Assembly (NCBI GenBank): GCA_044356215.1
Contig: JBIKWQ010000017.1
Span: forward strand, 1 to 47,864
From: Bdellovibrionota bacterium
GTDB lineage: Bacteria; Bdellovibrionota_C; UBA2361; OMII01
Length of the DNA: 47,864 nt
Reading direction: 5' to 3'
Position numbers and translations under genes: made by a program. This document shows positions 28,009 through 36,737 of the stretch, piece after piece. The notes beneath the pieces are model-generated. The model made no database searches. It had not been told where the DNA came from and saw nothing but the letters and a program-made list of their open reading frames with translations. Position 1 is the stretch's first letter. Each line of letters opens with the position of its first letter.

Positions 28009-30576
28009 GTGCGCACGAAACGACCTGAGCTGGTCCTTAGCTCTCTAACTGAGCATATTAACGACGCAGTTCGATCTATTGAGGCTCTATGCCTAGCGGT
28101 CTCGTGCTCATCAGCTCTTCTCATCCCCGCTCAAAATGTATCAGCCGCGCCTGCAAATAATATTCAGACCTACCCAGGTGAATACGTAATTACTAAGAGA
28201 ACAAGTAACACCGGCCCAATTGGATTGTCAGTCAGTCAGTTATCGGACAACAGCTCAAGTGCTACGAATAATTTAGAACAGCTCGGTAAATATGGAAGAG
28301 TAGTTAAACGGATTAACCGCGGAACAGATTTAGTTGTAGCGAGCGATCTTACGAATAAAGTCACACCCGGATCCCCTCAGGTAGCTGCTCTCTCAAATAC
28401 CGAACCCGACTCCGACTTCTGCAAGAACTTAATCTCGGCTGGCTTAGCTGAAACATGCACACCAAACTATAAACTTTCAATCCTGCAAACATCTGAGAGA
28501 GATCCACTGAGCTCACTTCTTTGGGGATTAGGCGATAGTGCAGGGATCGCCGCTGAGAGCGGCTGGGGGATCTCACAAGGCTCACGTCAGGTCGTGGTTG
28601 CCGTAATCGATACCGGTATCGACTACACTCATGAGGATCTCGCGAACAATATATGGACTAATCCATTTGAGCGCCCTGGAAATGGCTTAGATGATGATGG
28701 GAACGGGGTTATCGATGATGTACACGGAGCGAGGTTTATCTCTGCGGGAATCACCGGAGATCCTTTAGATGATAATCAACACGGAACTCACGTCGCTGGA
28801 ACGATCGGAGCTGTTCACGGAAACGGTCTAGGAGTTAGGGGGGTAGCTCCGTTTGTCACACTTTTGCCGATTAAATTCCTTGATGGCAATGGCTCAGGCC
28901 GATTATCTGACGCTATCGCGGCGATCGATTACATGATCGATCTAAAGATCCGCCTCGGTGTTAACATCAAGATAGCCAATAATTCGTGGGGTGGCGGAGG
29001 CTATTCACCCGCTCTTGAGGCCGCGATTCGCCGCGCTTACGACGCGGGAATTATCTTCGTCGCCGCCGCTGGAAACAGCGGAACCGACAACGACTCGAGC
29101 CCAACCTTCCCAGCGAGCTACGACCTGCCAAATATAATCTCGGTCGCCGCGATCGATCAGAATCAGAATTTAGCTCCATTCTCAAACTACGGGGCCTACT
29201 CTGTTGATATAGCCGCTCCTGGGGTATCGATCATAAGCACACTCCCCGGCCAGCGATACGGGGCGCTGTCGGGAACATCGATGGCTACTCCGCACGTCTC
29301 TGGGGCGCTTGCTCTACTCTTTGCTTTCCAAGATGGACTCTCGGTTGAGAGCGCTATCACCAGAACACTTGAGACCGGACGAGACTCAGCGACTCTAGCC
29401 AGCCCCGATGGATCGATAGCTTATGTGAAATCAAAGCGGATCTTAAATGTCCCTCGACTTCTTAGAAACGAGAGAACCCCAGTTAGCGATCCCAACGCTA
29501 GCCTTCCTGCGTGTGGGTATGACTTTAATCTCTCCAACACAACCGACTCTCCTGGTCTTGATCAAGCCGCGGATCTGACAAACCCAGTAAACCAAGCTGA
29601 TGAGGGTGATATTCGCGAGATAGCGCTTCCCTTTGATTTCCCATTCTTTCAAACTAGCACTAGATCGATCTTTATCTCGCCAAACGGGCTCGTTTACTTA
29701 TCGCCTCCGCGTGGTTCTGATTATCAGATAGCGTCGCGTGCCCCAAATTTCTCAATCGCGGCTTTCCAGAGCGATCTAACTCCGCGGAACGCTAGACAGG
29801 GGGCTAGGGTTTACGTAGCCGAAGACAGGACTGTGATCTATTGGAGCTCTGAGATGTACGCATACCCAGGGCTCGGACCTGTCACCGCCAGGTTGACTCT
29901 CTTCCGGAATGGGACGATCCGATCAACCGTTAGCTTTGAGAATTCAAACGATCCGGATCGATTGGCCTCACTAGCCTTAGGAAACGGTCTTATATCTCCA
30001 GCTTCACCACCTCAGGGATTAATCGGGGCTAGCGCCGGAACCACTAAACAATCAAGCACACTTGATATCGGTGATGCTCAAAGAAAGTTAGCCTCTAAAG
30101 GGGGATCGATCTTAAATTTAGCTGTTACTATGGTGCCAAACTGCTTCTCAGTACCAACACCTGTGCCAAATATTCCGGTCCCACCTGCCGCCTCCCCGGC
30201 ACCACAACCTCCTACACCGCAAGATCCACCAACAAGCCCCCCTCCCACTGACAGCGGAAGCTTGGCTAAGGTATCCTCTATTCGTATGCGCTACGCGACA
30301 AGGGAGCGAAACATCTCTGTAAGGCTACGCGGCTCCGGAACAGGAGCAGTAGTTCTGCGCGGCGCAGTAAATGGCACGGTCTGCCCGCAGGTAATCACAT
30401 CTGATTTATCGCAGGGCATTGGGGCTCTTAGACTCTCCTCTCTGCCCGCCAGCGCCAGACGCATTGAGGTGTTTAACGAAGATACAGGAGATGCTGTAAG
30501 CATCCCTTCTAGCCGGCGCGGACGCGTTAGAAGATTATCACAGCAGCGACTCTGTTCGGGGGTGTTTGGTTTGTAA
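28009..30576 (+). CDS. Secreted S8 subtilisin-like serine peptidase with C-terminal extension
   Basis: Catalytic triad VIDTG, HGTHVAG, GTSMATPHV; oxyanion AAAGN; Pro-rich linker near the C-terminus; start uncertain. Confidence 0.92.
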   Translation: MRTKRPELVLSSLTEHINDAVRSIEALCLAVSCSSALLIPAQNVSAAPANNIQTYPGEYVITKRTSNTGPIGLSVSQLSDNSSSATNNLEQLGKYGRVVKRINRGTDLVVASDLTNKVTPGSPQVAALSNTEPDSDFCKNLISAGLAETCTPNYKLSILQTSERDPLSSLLWGLGDSAGIAAESGWGISQGSRQVVVAVIDTGIDYTHEDLANNIWTNPFERPGNGLDDDGNGVIDDVHGARFISAGITGDPLDDNQHGTHVAGTIGAVHGNGLGVRGVAPFVTLLPIKFLDGNGSGRLSDAIAAIDYMIDLKIRLGVNIKIANNSWGGGGYSPALEAAIRRAYDAGIIFVAAAGNSGTDNDSSPTFPASYDLPNIISVAAIDQNQNLAPFSNYGAYSVDIAAPGVSIISTLPGQRYGALSGTSMATPHVSGALALLFAFQDGLSVESAITRTLETGRDSATLASPDGSIAYVKSKRILNVPRLLRNERTPVSDPNASLPACGYDFNLSNTTDSPGLDQAADLTNPVNQADEGDIREIALPFDFPFFQTSTRSIFISPNGLVYLSPPRGSDYQIASRAPNFSIAAFQSDLTPRNARQGARVYVAEDRTVIYWSSEMYAYPGLGPVTARLTLFRNGTIRSTVSFENSNDPDRLASLALGNGLISPASPPQGLIGASAGTTKQSSTLDIGDAQRKLASKGGSILNLAVTMVPNCFSVPTPVPNIPVPPAASPAPQPPTPQDPPTSPPPTDSGSLAKVSSIRMRYATRERNISVRLRGSGTGAVVLRGAVNGTVCPQVITSDLSQGIGALRLSSLPASARRIEVFNEDTGDAVSIPSSRRGRVRRLSQQRLCSGVFGL

Positions 30577-30615
30577 TGAATTGGGTATGGGCGCTGATGC
30601 GCGCCTGTTATTTAG

Positions 30616-31196
30616 GGAAAAGCGGCAAAACCTCGCTTACGCGATGTTTTGTTAGAAACGGCGCGTCCGCGCCGTTTAGGTAGATGCTGCTGTTACCAGA
30701 AGCTGATACTATCTGTGGCATGACACAGAGAACATTCGCTTAAACTTAACTGGGCATCGAAGAGTAAGACTGCACGCAGAGAGCGGTTTCTAGCTGATAT
30801 GGAACGGGTAGTTCCATGGAAAGAGCTTGAGGAAGTAGTTAGTCCTGTTGCTCCAAGTATGAAACCTGGACAGTTGGGAGGACGGCCAGCGTACCCGCTT
30901 AGCGTCATGCTGCGGATATACCTTTGTCAGACTTGGTATAATCTCTCAGAACTAAGGTTCGCTACAGGGGAATTAAAAAGAACTATCTGCACTTGAACAT
31001 CCTCTGCATGCTATCCAGTCTTTACTTGAAGAGACGGGTTCTGCTCGCGTCATGGGAGCAGTGTATCTAAAGCGGCCATTTTCCCGCAAATTACATAGCG
31101 GTGGCGGGTCAAACATCGCAATTTCAGATCCTAGACGGCGCGATTAGCGCCGTTACCGAGCAAAAACTCGCGTAAGCGAGGTTTTGCCTCGTCTCC
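30616..31196 (+). mobile_element. Internally deleted IS5-subgroup element (581 bp)
   Basis: ~65-bp imperfect TIRs (30616-30680 / 31130-31196) with a perfect core GGCAAAACCTCGCTTACGCGA; TTAG duplicated at 30612-30615 and 31197-31200; transposase remnants inside. Confidence 0.9.
30720..31070 (+). pseudogene. IS5 transposase remnant (N-terminus joined to C-terminus, core deleted)
   Basis: MTQRTFA, a frameshift near 30741, then KTARRERFLADMERVVPW..GGRPAYPLSVMLRIY..WYNLS. From 30951, in another frame, TKVRYRGIKKN..LSSLYLKRRVLL..* (stop 31068-31070). Confidence 0.9.
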
Positions 31197-31350
31197 TTAG
31201 AGTTACTTCGCTAAAAGAATTCTAGAAACTTAGACTTTAAAGACCGACTACGCTTCGTATCACGCTCTACAGTTATGAAAACATTCACTCTGCGAGAGGC
31301 CAATGAGATTAGATCAAAGGGCTGGGTGTCTTGAGATAAAGAGTTAAAAG

Positions 31351-31860
31351 CTACCGCTCTGACTGCGGCAGACTGACGCCTTCCATCATGCCGGCGCACC
31401 GGAGCGAGCTTCTGCGGAAATCAACTATTTTCTCACTGTATAACCTGGGTCGGCGCCCCCAAGCTGTCACCACGCCGAACACATGCCCCTGATCTACCTC
31501 ACCCTGATTTATTTCTGCTCGGTCACTAATAAAAGTACAAATTAGTTTTCCCTGCCTCGTGACTTGTCCTATGTAGACCATTTCCGAATCGAACATTCCT
31601 GAGGCCTTCACCCTGTAGTCAGAAAACTTTATCTCCGCCCCTGTCAGGGCGATCTTAACAAGATCCCCCTCTGAGCGGATAGACAATGGGTGATTAGCGT
31701 CAAGATCGTGCACTGTAGGCATGGACACCGAAAAGATCTCATCTCTGTCACAACCAGGAACAGCTAACGCCCCTAGAACCAGGGCCGCCATTTCAAAGAA
31801 GCCCCTTCTGTTGGTAGTTCGATTAGTTTCAGTTTGCCCCTGAGATAATCCTGTTGACAT
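31351..31860 (-). CDS. Hypothetical Tat-exported lipoprotein
   Basis: NRRGFF twin-arginine motif, then a hydrophobic stretch and VPGC lipobox; mature part not recognised. Confidence 0.5.
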   Translation of the reverse strand: MSTGLSQGQTETNRTTNRRGFFEMAALVLGALAVPGCDRDEIFSVSMPTVHDLDANHPLSIRSEGDLVKIALTGAEIKFSDYRVKASGMFDSEMVYIGQVTRQGKLICTFISDRAEINQGEVDQGHVFGVVTAWGRRPRLYSEKIVDFRRSSLRCAGMMEGVSLPQSER

Positions 31861-31943
31861 CACCCACCCCCAAATAAAAATACCCAAAACTCTGTTCGAC
31901 TATACTCCAGCCATCACCTTAGTCAAACGCTATCGCGACAAAC

Positions 31944-32105
31944 TAGGGCGTCGCAGTTCTTTTTCACCACAGAGGGCGCAGGTGACGCAGAGAACAGGCC
32001 ATTTTATTGGCAATTATGAGGATTTTCTGTGCCCTCTGCGTCCTCTATGGTAAAAAATATTTTACTAACTATCCCAGCAGCTTACCAAAAACACTGCGAC
32101 GCCCT
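31944..32105 (+). mobile_element. ~160-bp MITE, copy 2
   Basis: TAGGGCGTCGCAGT ... ACTGCGACGCCCT; same internal hairpin, more diverged. Confidence 0.88.
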
Positions 32106-32131
32106 CTTCTGCTATCCCCTAGTCTGGGGTG

Positions 32132-32308
32132 CTAAGTACGAAAATTTAACTCTATAAAGTTCGAGAATCTCTTTCCCAGCTCTCGCACTGAGGAGGTCTT
32201 TCCAACCTGTCTCGCTCCACTGAGTAGCAATGGCTTGCGAGACCTGGCCTCTTTCCAATCAACAAAGAACTGATCTATGTCGCGTCTGGCGTAAGTGGCT
32301 GTATCTAT
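32132..32308 (-). pseudogene. 5' fragment of an AAA_14/DUF4143-type ATPase gene
   Basis: Manual minus-strand translation: (I)DTATYARRDIDQFFVDWKEARSRKPLLLSGARQVGKTSSVRELGKRFSNFIELNFRT*. Walker A at 32195-32218. The presumed start codon reads ATA; absent from the ORF track. Confidence 0.85.
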
Positions 32309-32332
32309 GGAGCAAATAAATTTAAACTAACC

Positions 32333-32382
32333 GAATACAAGGTAATATTCTTATGCAGCCTGTTAGAATACAAGGTAATATT
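32333..32382. promoter_or_regulatory. 17-bp perfect direct repeat pair, candidate operator
   Basis: GAATACAAGGTAATATT at 32333-32349 and 32366-32382 (33-bp period), just upstream of the ATPase fragment. Confidence 0.55.
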
Positions 32383-32467
32383 ATGAGGTGCGATGTAAAA
32401 GAGTGCTGTTGAAGTTGCAAGGGATCGCGGACTTTAGAGAACCTGCCACGCCCTGTCCCACTAAGAG

Positions 32468-32540
32468 TGTAACATTCACATCTCGCATAATCTTGTTGAT
32501 ATGTGAATATTACAAGTGTAATATATTCATATCGATATGA
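32468..32540. promoter_or_regulatory. Inverted-repeat array upstream of the abiEi-like gene, candidate autoregulatory operator
   Basis: ATTCACATCTC/GATATGTGAAT (32474-84/32498-508), ATATTACA-ag-TGTAATAT (32507-24), TCATATCGATATGA (32527-40). Confidence 0.55.
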
Positions 32541-32566
32541 TTACCTGAGTATGAATAGTTACAGGC

Positions 32567-33317
32567 ATGGAAAGCGTCAGAAAACTTAAAAAACTAAGGA
32601 CCACGACTAGGGCATCGCAGTTCTTTATCACCACAGAGGACGCAGAGGACACAGAGAACGGCCATTTTATGGGCAATTATGGGGTTTTCTCTGTGTCCTC
32701 TGCGTCCTCTGTGGTAAAAAATATTTTACTAATTGTCTCACCAACTTACCAAAAACACTGCGACACCCTGGACCACGACCTTCTCCACTGCAGATGCGCG
32801 CCGAGTAGGGGTATCCACTCGGATGCTAACCTATTTGGTGAGTCAGGGGGAAATAGAGCGGCGAGCTCACGGCCTTTACTGTTTCCCGGACTACATTGAC
32901 GAACTTGACCTGCACGGCATTCTTCAAGAACTACTCAAGATCGTCCCTGATGCCATCGTCGGTCTTGAGACCGCGTTGCAGCTTTACAATCTGAGTGATG
33001 AGCCGACTAGAACGATCCACTTAATCGTCAGTCAAAGTAATGCGCCTACTCGCAGACTCCCAGACGTCCGGTTCTTTCGCGTCAGAATGCCGCTTTCTCA
33101 ATTCAAGACCCAAAAGGTCAGGGGATCAAGGGTGACGACGATTGAGCAGACAATGGTGGACTTACTCAGGGCAGGACACTCAATTTCTGATATGGTTAAG
33201 ATATTTCATGGAGCGCAGCGTCAAAGAATGACCGTTGACCTCTCGCAGTTGATGAAACTTGGCGAGCGCTTCCATGTAAAGGGTAAAGTAGCGCGAGTTA
33301 TCGAAGCGGTGTATTAA
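32567..33317 (+). pseudogene. Type IV TA antitoxin AbiEi-family gene interrupted by a MITE
   Basis: Removing 172 bp (MITE plus one target copy) restores MESVRKLKKLRTTTFSTADARRVGVSTRMLTYLVSQGEIERRAHGLY..ETALQLYNLSD..VTTIEQTMVDLLR, the AbiEi wHTH plus C-terminal pattern. Confidence 0.82.
32608..32770 (+). mobile_element. 163-bp MITE, copy 3, with target-site duplication
   Basis: TAGGGCATCGCAGT ... ACTGCGACACCCTG flanked by GACCACGAC (32599-32607 and 32771-32779); perfect 29-bp internal stem 32630-32658/32687-32715. Confidence 0.92.
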
Positions 33318-33410
33318 GTGAAGGAGCAGGAGTTACGCATAAAACTGAAGCAGCTTGCCAAAGACCTACGGCTCCGTACCCCGGTAGCCCACATTTATGT
33401 CAGTGCTTAA
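33318..33410 (+). pseudogene. Probable truncated AbiEii-like toxin 5' end
   Basis: GTG immediately after the antitoxin stop; MKEQELRIKLKQLAKD resembles AbiEii N-termini; stops after 30 codons with no nucleotidyltransferase (KGG) motif. Confidence 0.5.
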
Positions 33411-33580
33411 ATAAATACTATGGGTATCTAAAGCCACACTTGCGCAGACGCGATTGTCCGGGTGAAAACATGGTGGCGAACTGGATCGTCAGCAACACAC
33501 ATCGCTCCAGTTGGGACTAGCACTCCGACTCAAACCAAGCGAACCCCTCAAAAACACCCCCAGCTCCCCTGACGCCAAAC

Positions 33581-34414
33581 CTACTTCCCTTTCCTAGCCC
33601 GCGCTAACTCCTCTTCCAGTAAAGAGATATGCTCGCCCTTTGTCTCTTCTATCAATCTTAGTTTATCTTCTAGCGCCCCCTTAGCTCCTGAGATCTTTTT
33701 TATCGCTTGATTCTCTGTGGCGCTTAGTGCCGTCGACAGCTCACTTAACTGCTCAACTAACTCGGCCTCACGTTTTTTCGCGTTTAATGGCTGCGGTCTA
33801 GCGCGCATCTGACTGACTCTCCGGTCTAGATCACTTTGAGCTGTTGAGACCCTTTTTAACCTAGCCTTAATCTCTCCTAACTCATCTTCTGCATCCACAA
33901 TCTTAGACACCATCGCTATATTGTCCGCGTCCTGTTGCAGAGATCTGATCCGAGATCCTTGAGCTGTTATCTCACTTTGCAGCTGTCGCAAAATTCCCCG
34001 CCTCTCAACAAACCTATCACGTAGCTCCGCGGACGATAGCAAGGTCGATGGTGATATCTCATCGCCGTTAATCTCTTTGAAAGCTGATTTAACCTCACCA
34101 TTTGTACCGAGCACCATTAATAACGCGCTGAGTCGTTCCCCCGCCTGAGGCGCCTCTGGTAATCGTCCGATACACACAAGCTCCTGATCGTCGTCCTTAG
34201 ATGGGATCCAGGTTGCCGCTACCGCGCGCGGAGGCTTATCTCCACTTGCCGCGACCATGATTACCTGTTCCACCTCCCCTGAAAACGCAACCTTGTCAGC
34301 TATAGTAACCTGCCTCGCATCTTGGGCGTTACCACTTCCTGCCGTAAGTGATGCGACGATAAATGTCGCTAAAATATTTAGGAGGGCTGATCTACATCTA
34401 CTCCAACTGACCAT
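33581..34414 (-). CDS. Exported hypothetical protein with long C-terminal coiled coil
   Basis: Signal peptide-like N-terminus; heptad-rich C-terminal half. Confidence 0.7.
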   Translation of the reverse strand: MVSWSRCRSALLNILATFIVASLTAGSGNAQDARQVTIADKVAFSGEVEQVIMVAASGDKPPRAVAATWIPSKDDDQELVCIGRLPEAPQAGERLSALLMVLGTNGEVKSAFKEINGDEISPSTLLSSAELRDRFVERRGILRQLQSEITAQGSRIRSLQQDADNIAMVSKIVDAEDELGEIKARLKRVSTAQSDLDRRVSQMRARPQPLNAKKREAELVEQLSELSTALSATENQAIKKISGAKGALEDKLRLIEETKGEHISLLEEELARARKGK

Positions 34415-35363
34415 AGAACTCCTCCTCTTTGTCAGTCTCCGTCTCGCGTTTTAACGATGCGGGAGTCGAGGTCCTCTCGTCTCTATCTTTTGGTTCAGCG
34501 CGATCCTTGGCGATCGCGTTCTTTAAAGCTTTTACCCGCTCCGCTCTCTCAAGAGCTTGATCAAATCCGATCGATGTCTCTGGCTCTAGGAGCTTTAAAG
34601 TTAACTCGATCCATCGCGACTCACGTTGAATCGTCTCCCTGCTTAAGAAAACTAAGCGCCCCTCCTGCGAGATCCTCTGCGATAGATCAAAATCCCTTAG
34701 TTCGCGATCTAAGCGCCGCTGACGCTCACGCAGATCGTCACGCGCGGAATCGATCTCAGAGTCCGCGCGGCCAAGCCGCACATCAGCGGTTTTACGAAGG
34801 GTACTACCGTCGGAGACATAGCTGTGAAGATCATCGATCGACTGCCGCTGCTCATCAACCTGCTTTTGGGCTGTCTGAATCTCAGACTCGATCGATGAAA
34901 GCTCTTGCCAGATCGAGAACCAGCGACTTAGCTCTGTCTCGGTTCCTTGATCTATTCCAGAGATTCGCGCCTTTTCTAGGGTCCAAGAGCCCGACTCGCG
35001 CGATATTGGGTCATCATAGTCACCGGCATATCTTCCCTCTCCAGTTTCAGATCCCGTCAATCTTAGGCGAACATCACTCTGCCCGATTACTAAAGGCTGT
35101 CTAGTTTTGCCAAATGGATCGATCGGCGCTATGCGCTGAGCCGACACCCGCAGATCCCCAATCGCGACAGCTAGGCTCTGTTCATTAGCTCGTTTCGCCA
35201 CGATGAAAGGGAAGACACGTTTAGGTGAGTCACTCTTTAAAGTTCCGACATATACCCCGGGAGCTAGGTCTGGAAACGCCGCGGTGTACCATCGCGCGAG
35301 CAAGAACACCGAGCCGCCAAGAAGAGCCAATAGAGCCAGTGCGATAAAGATAAAACGTCGCAT
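34398..35363 (-). CDS. Membrane-anchored hypothetical coiled-coil protein
   Basis: N-terminal TM segment, beta-rich domain, then E/R/Q-rich coiled coil; overlaps the next gene. Confidence 0.7.
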   Translation of the reverse strand: MRRFIFIALALLALLGGSVFLLARWYTAAFPDLAPGVYVGTLKSDSPKRVFPFIVAKRANEQSLAVAIGDLRVSAQRIAPIDPFGKTRQPLVIGQSDVRLRLTGSETGEGRYAGDYDDPISRESGSWTLEKARISGIDQGTETELSRWFSIWQELSSIESEIQTAQKQVDEQRQSIDDLHSYVSDGSTLRKTADVRLGRADSEIDSARDDLRERQRRLDRELRDFDLSQRISQEGRLVFLSRETIQRESRWIELTLKLLEPETSIGFDQALERAERVKALKNAIAKDRAEPKDRDERTSTPASLKRETETDKEEEFYGQLE

Positions 35364-35516
35364 ACCGGTCTATTCGACACTATGTTAGCGCCGTTTGTAA
35401 ACGTGGAAAGGGAGAATTGTAGCTGCGACTTTCGATGTGATTTAACCCCCTACAAGCAAGAACTACTTAGTGGTATATATGTAATTTCGAGAGAGCAACC
35501 CTAAGGAGCCCGTAAC

Positions 35517-35876
35517 ATGAGTATCCCCATCGCAATTCAACTCATTATAGCTCTAGGAATATTCAACGTCTGGGTGATTCGCTTCAACAAACCCACGGCG
35601 TTTCGTGGCGGAAACGCTCAAACGATGGCTGAGGAGTTTCGGGTTTACGGTCTCTCTGATGGCATGCGGAGATTAGTTGGGGCTCTAAAATTGAGTCTAG
35701 CAGCTCTTCTGATTGTTGGTATCTGGGTACCAACGATCGCTGTAGTAGCCGCTTTGTGTATGGCTTTCCTAATGTTGGTAGCCGTCGCCATGCACGTCAA
35801 GGTATCCGACCCGATTACAAAAGCAGTTCCTGCGTTCTGTATGATGGCGCTGTCGCTTGCGGTTGTTTTGTCTTAA
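35517..35876 (+). CDS. DoxX-like membrane protein
   Basis: Four TM segments; MAEEFRVYGL, AVAMHVKVSDP; AAGGAG RBS. Confidence 0.85.
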   Translation: MSIPIAIQLIIALGIFNVWVIRFNKPTAFRGGNAQTMAEEFRVYGLSDGMRRLVGALKLSLAALLIVGIWVPTIAVVAALCMAFLMLVAVAMHVKVSDPITKAVPAFCMMALSLAVVLS

Positions 35877-36703
35877 ACATTATCCAGCTTAAGCGACAAA
35901 CACTTAGCGGCGCCACCCGCTTTAATAAACTCGCTCAACTCCACAGGATACGCGGTGAATCCGTGGCGCTCAAGAAGCTTGTACGTCTCTAAACATCCCG
36001 CCGGAAGTACAACATCCTTGCCAAGCACGACCGCGTTACAGACAAATTGAGTGGCGTCCTGCGCTGGGACACGAATCAACTCAATAGATCTCTCTAAACG
36101 AGCCAGATCCTCGGCGTTGAACGCCCCGGGGTGGACCATCGCGAGCTTATCTGTCAGGGGACAAAAGCAGGTATCTAGATGGTAGAATCGGGGATCCTGT
36201 AGCTGCACCTGTATCAGATCACCGCACCCCACGATCTTAGCGGCCTCCTCGTTAGCTTCTCGATCAGTTCGAAAACCGTAGCCGCAAAACAACTTAGAGC
36301 CAGCAAAGAGGGCGTCTCCCTCCCCTTCAAACGATCCACTAGTGACCTCACTTACGCTAAAGCCGCGCGCCTGAAACCACTCTCTAAAAAACGGCTCCTC
36401 ACCCGCGCGCTCTTTGTGGCGAAACTTTGAGAGAACGACCTGCTTGTCACGAATCAGTCCCGCATTCGCTGTGAACACCATATCTGGCCAACCATCGGCG
36501 TGCTCTACATACTCAAGCCATCCACCGAGCCTTAAGATGTGGTGATGGAGGTTCATCCACTGCGAAGACGCCAGAGATTTTTCTGGGGTTTTTGAGAGGT
36601 CCATCCACGGGTTGATCTGATACCGGACATCGTAGTCTTTGGGCCGACATACGAGCCATCGACCGTTGGTGAAAAGAGGTGAATTCGGATTGCTTGTTAA
36701 CAT
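35873..36703 (-). CDS. Amidinotransferase/pentein-family hydrolase (DDAH/arginine dihydrolase-domain-like)
   Basis: YQINPWM, PDMVFTANAG, FEGEGD, FYHLDTCFCPL, and catalytic Cys in GGAAKCL. Confidence 0.88.
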   Translation of the reverse strand: MLTSNPNSPLFTNGRWLVCRPKDYDVRYQINPWMDLSKTPEKSLASSQWMNLHHHILRLGGWLEYVEHADGWPDMVFTANAGLIRDKQVVLSKFRHKERAGEEPFFREWFQARGFSVSEVTSGSFEGEGDALFAGSKLFCGYGFRTDREANEEAAKIVGCGDLIQVQLQDPRFYHLDTCFCPLTDKLAMVHPGAFNAEDLARLERSIELIRVPAQDATQFVCNAVVLGKDVVLPAGCLETYKLLERHGFTAYPVELSEFIKAGGAAKCLSLKLDNV

Positions 36704-36737
36704 AGAGTTAGCTTTTCTTGAGTAGTTACACCTTATC

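Noticed and set aside
30150..30250. C-rich low-complexity tract
   Set aside because: Encodes an ordinary Pro/Thr linker of the subtilase.
30622..30680. GGCAAAACC plus hairpins as a c-di-GMP-I riboswitch
   Set aside because: Lacks the GNRA/receptor and GCAAAG elements, and is mirrored at 31130-31196 as an IS terminal repeat.
31274..31333. Mini-ORF MKTFTLREANEIRSKGWVS
   Set aside because: Resembles some small-protein N-termini, but it is only 19 codons with no clear RBS; insufficient evidence.
32567..32899. 110-aa ORF as an independent protein
   Set aside because: It is the antitoxin's first 14 codons read into the MITE and then out of frame.
34457..35104. 215-aa plus-strand ORF
   Set aside because: Antisense shadow of the coiled-coil gene; R/S-rich with no motifs.
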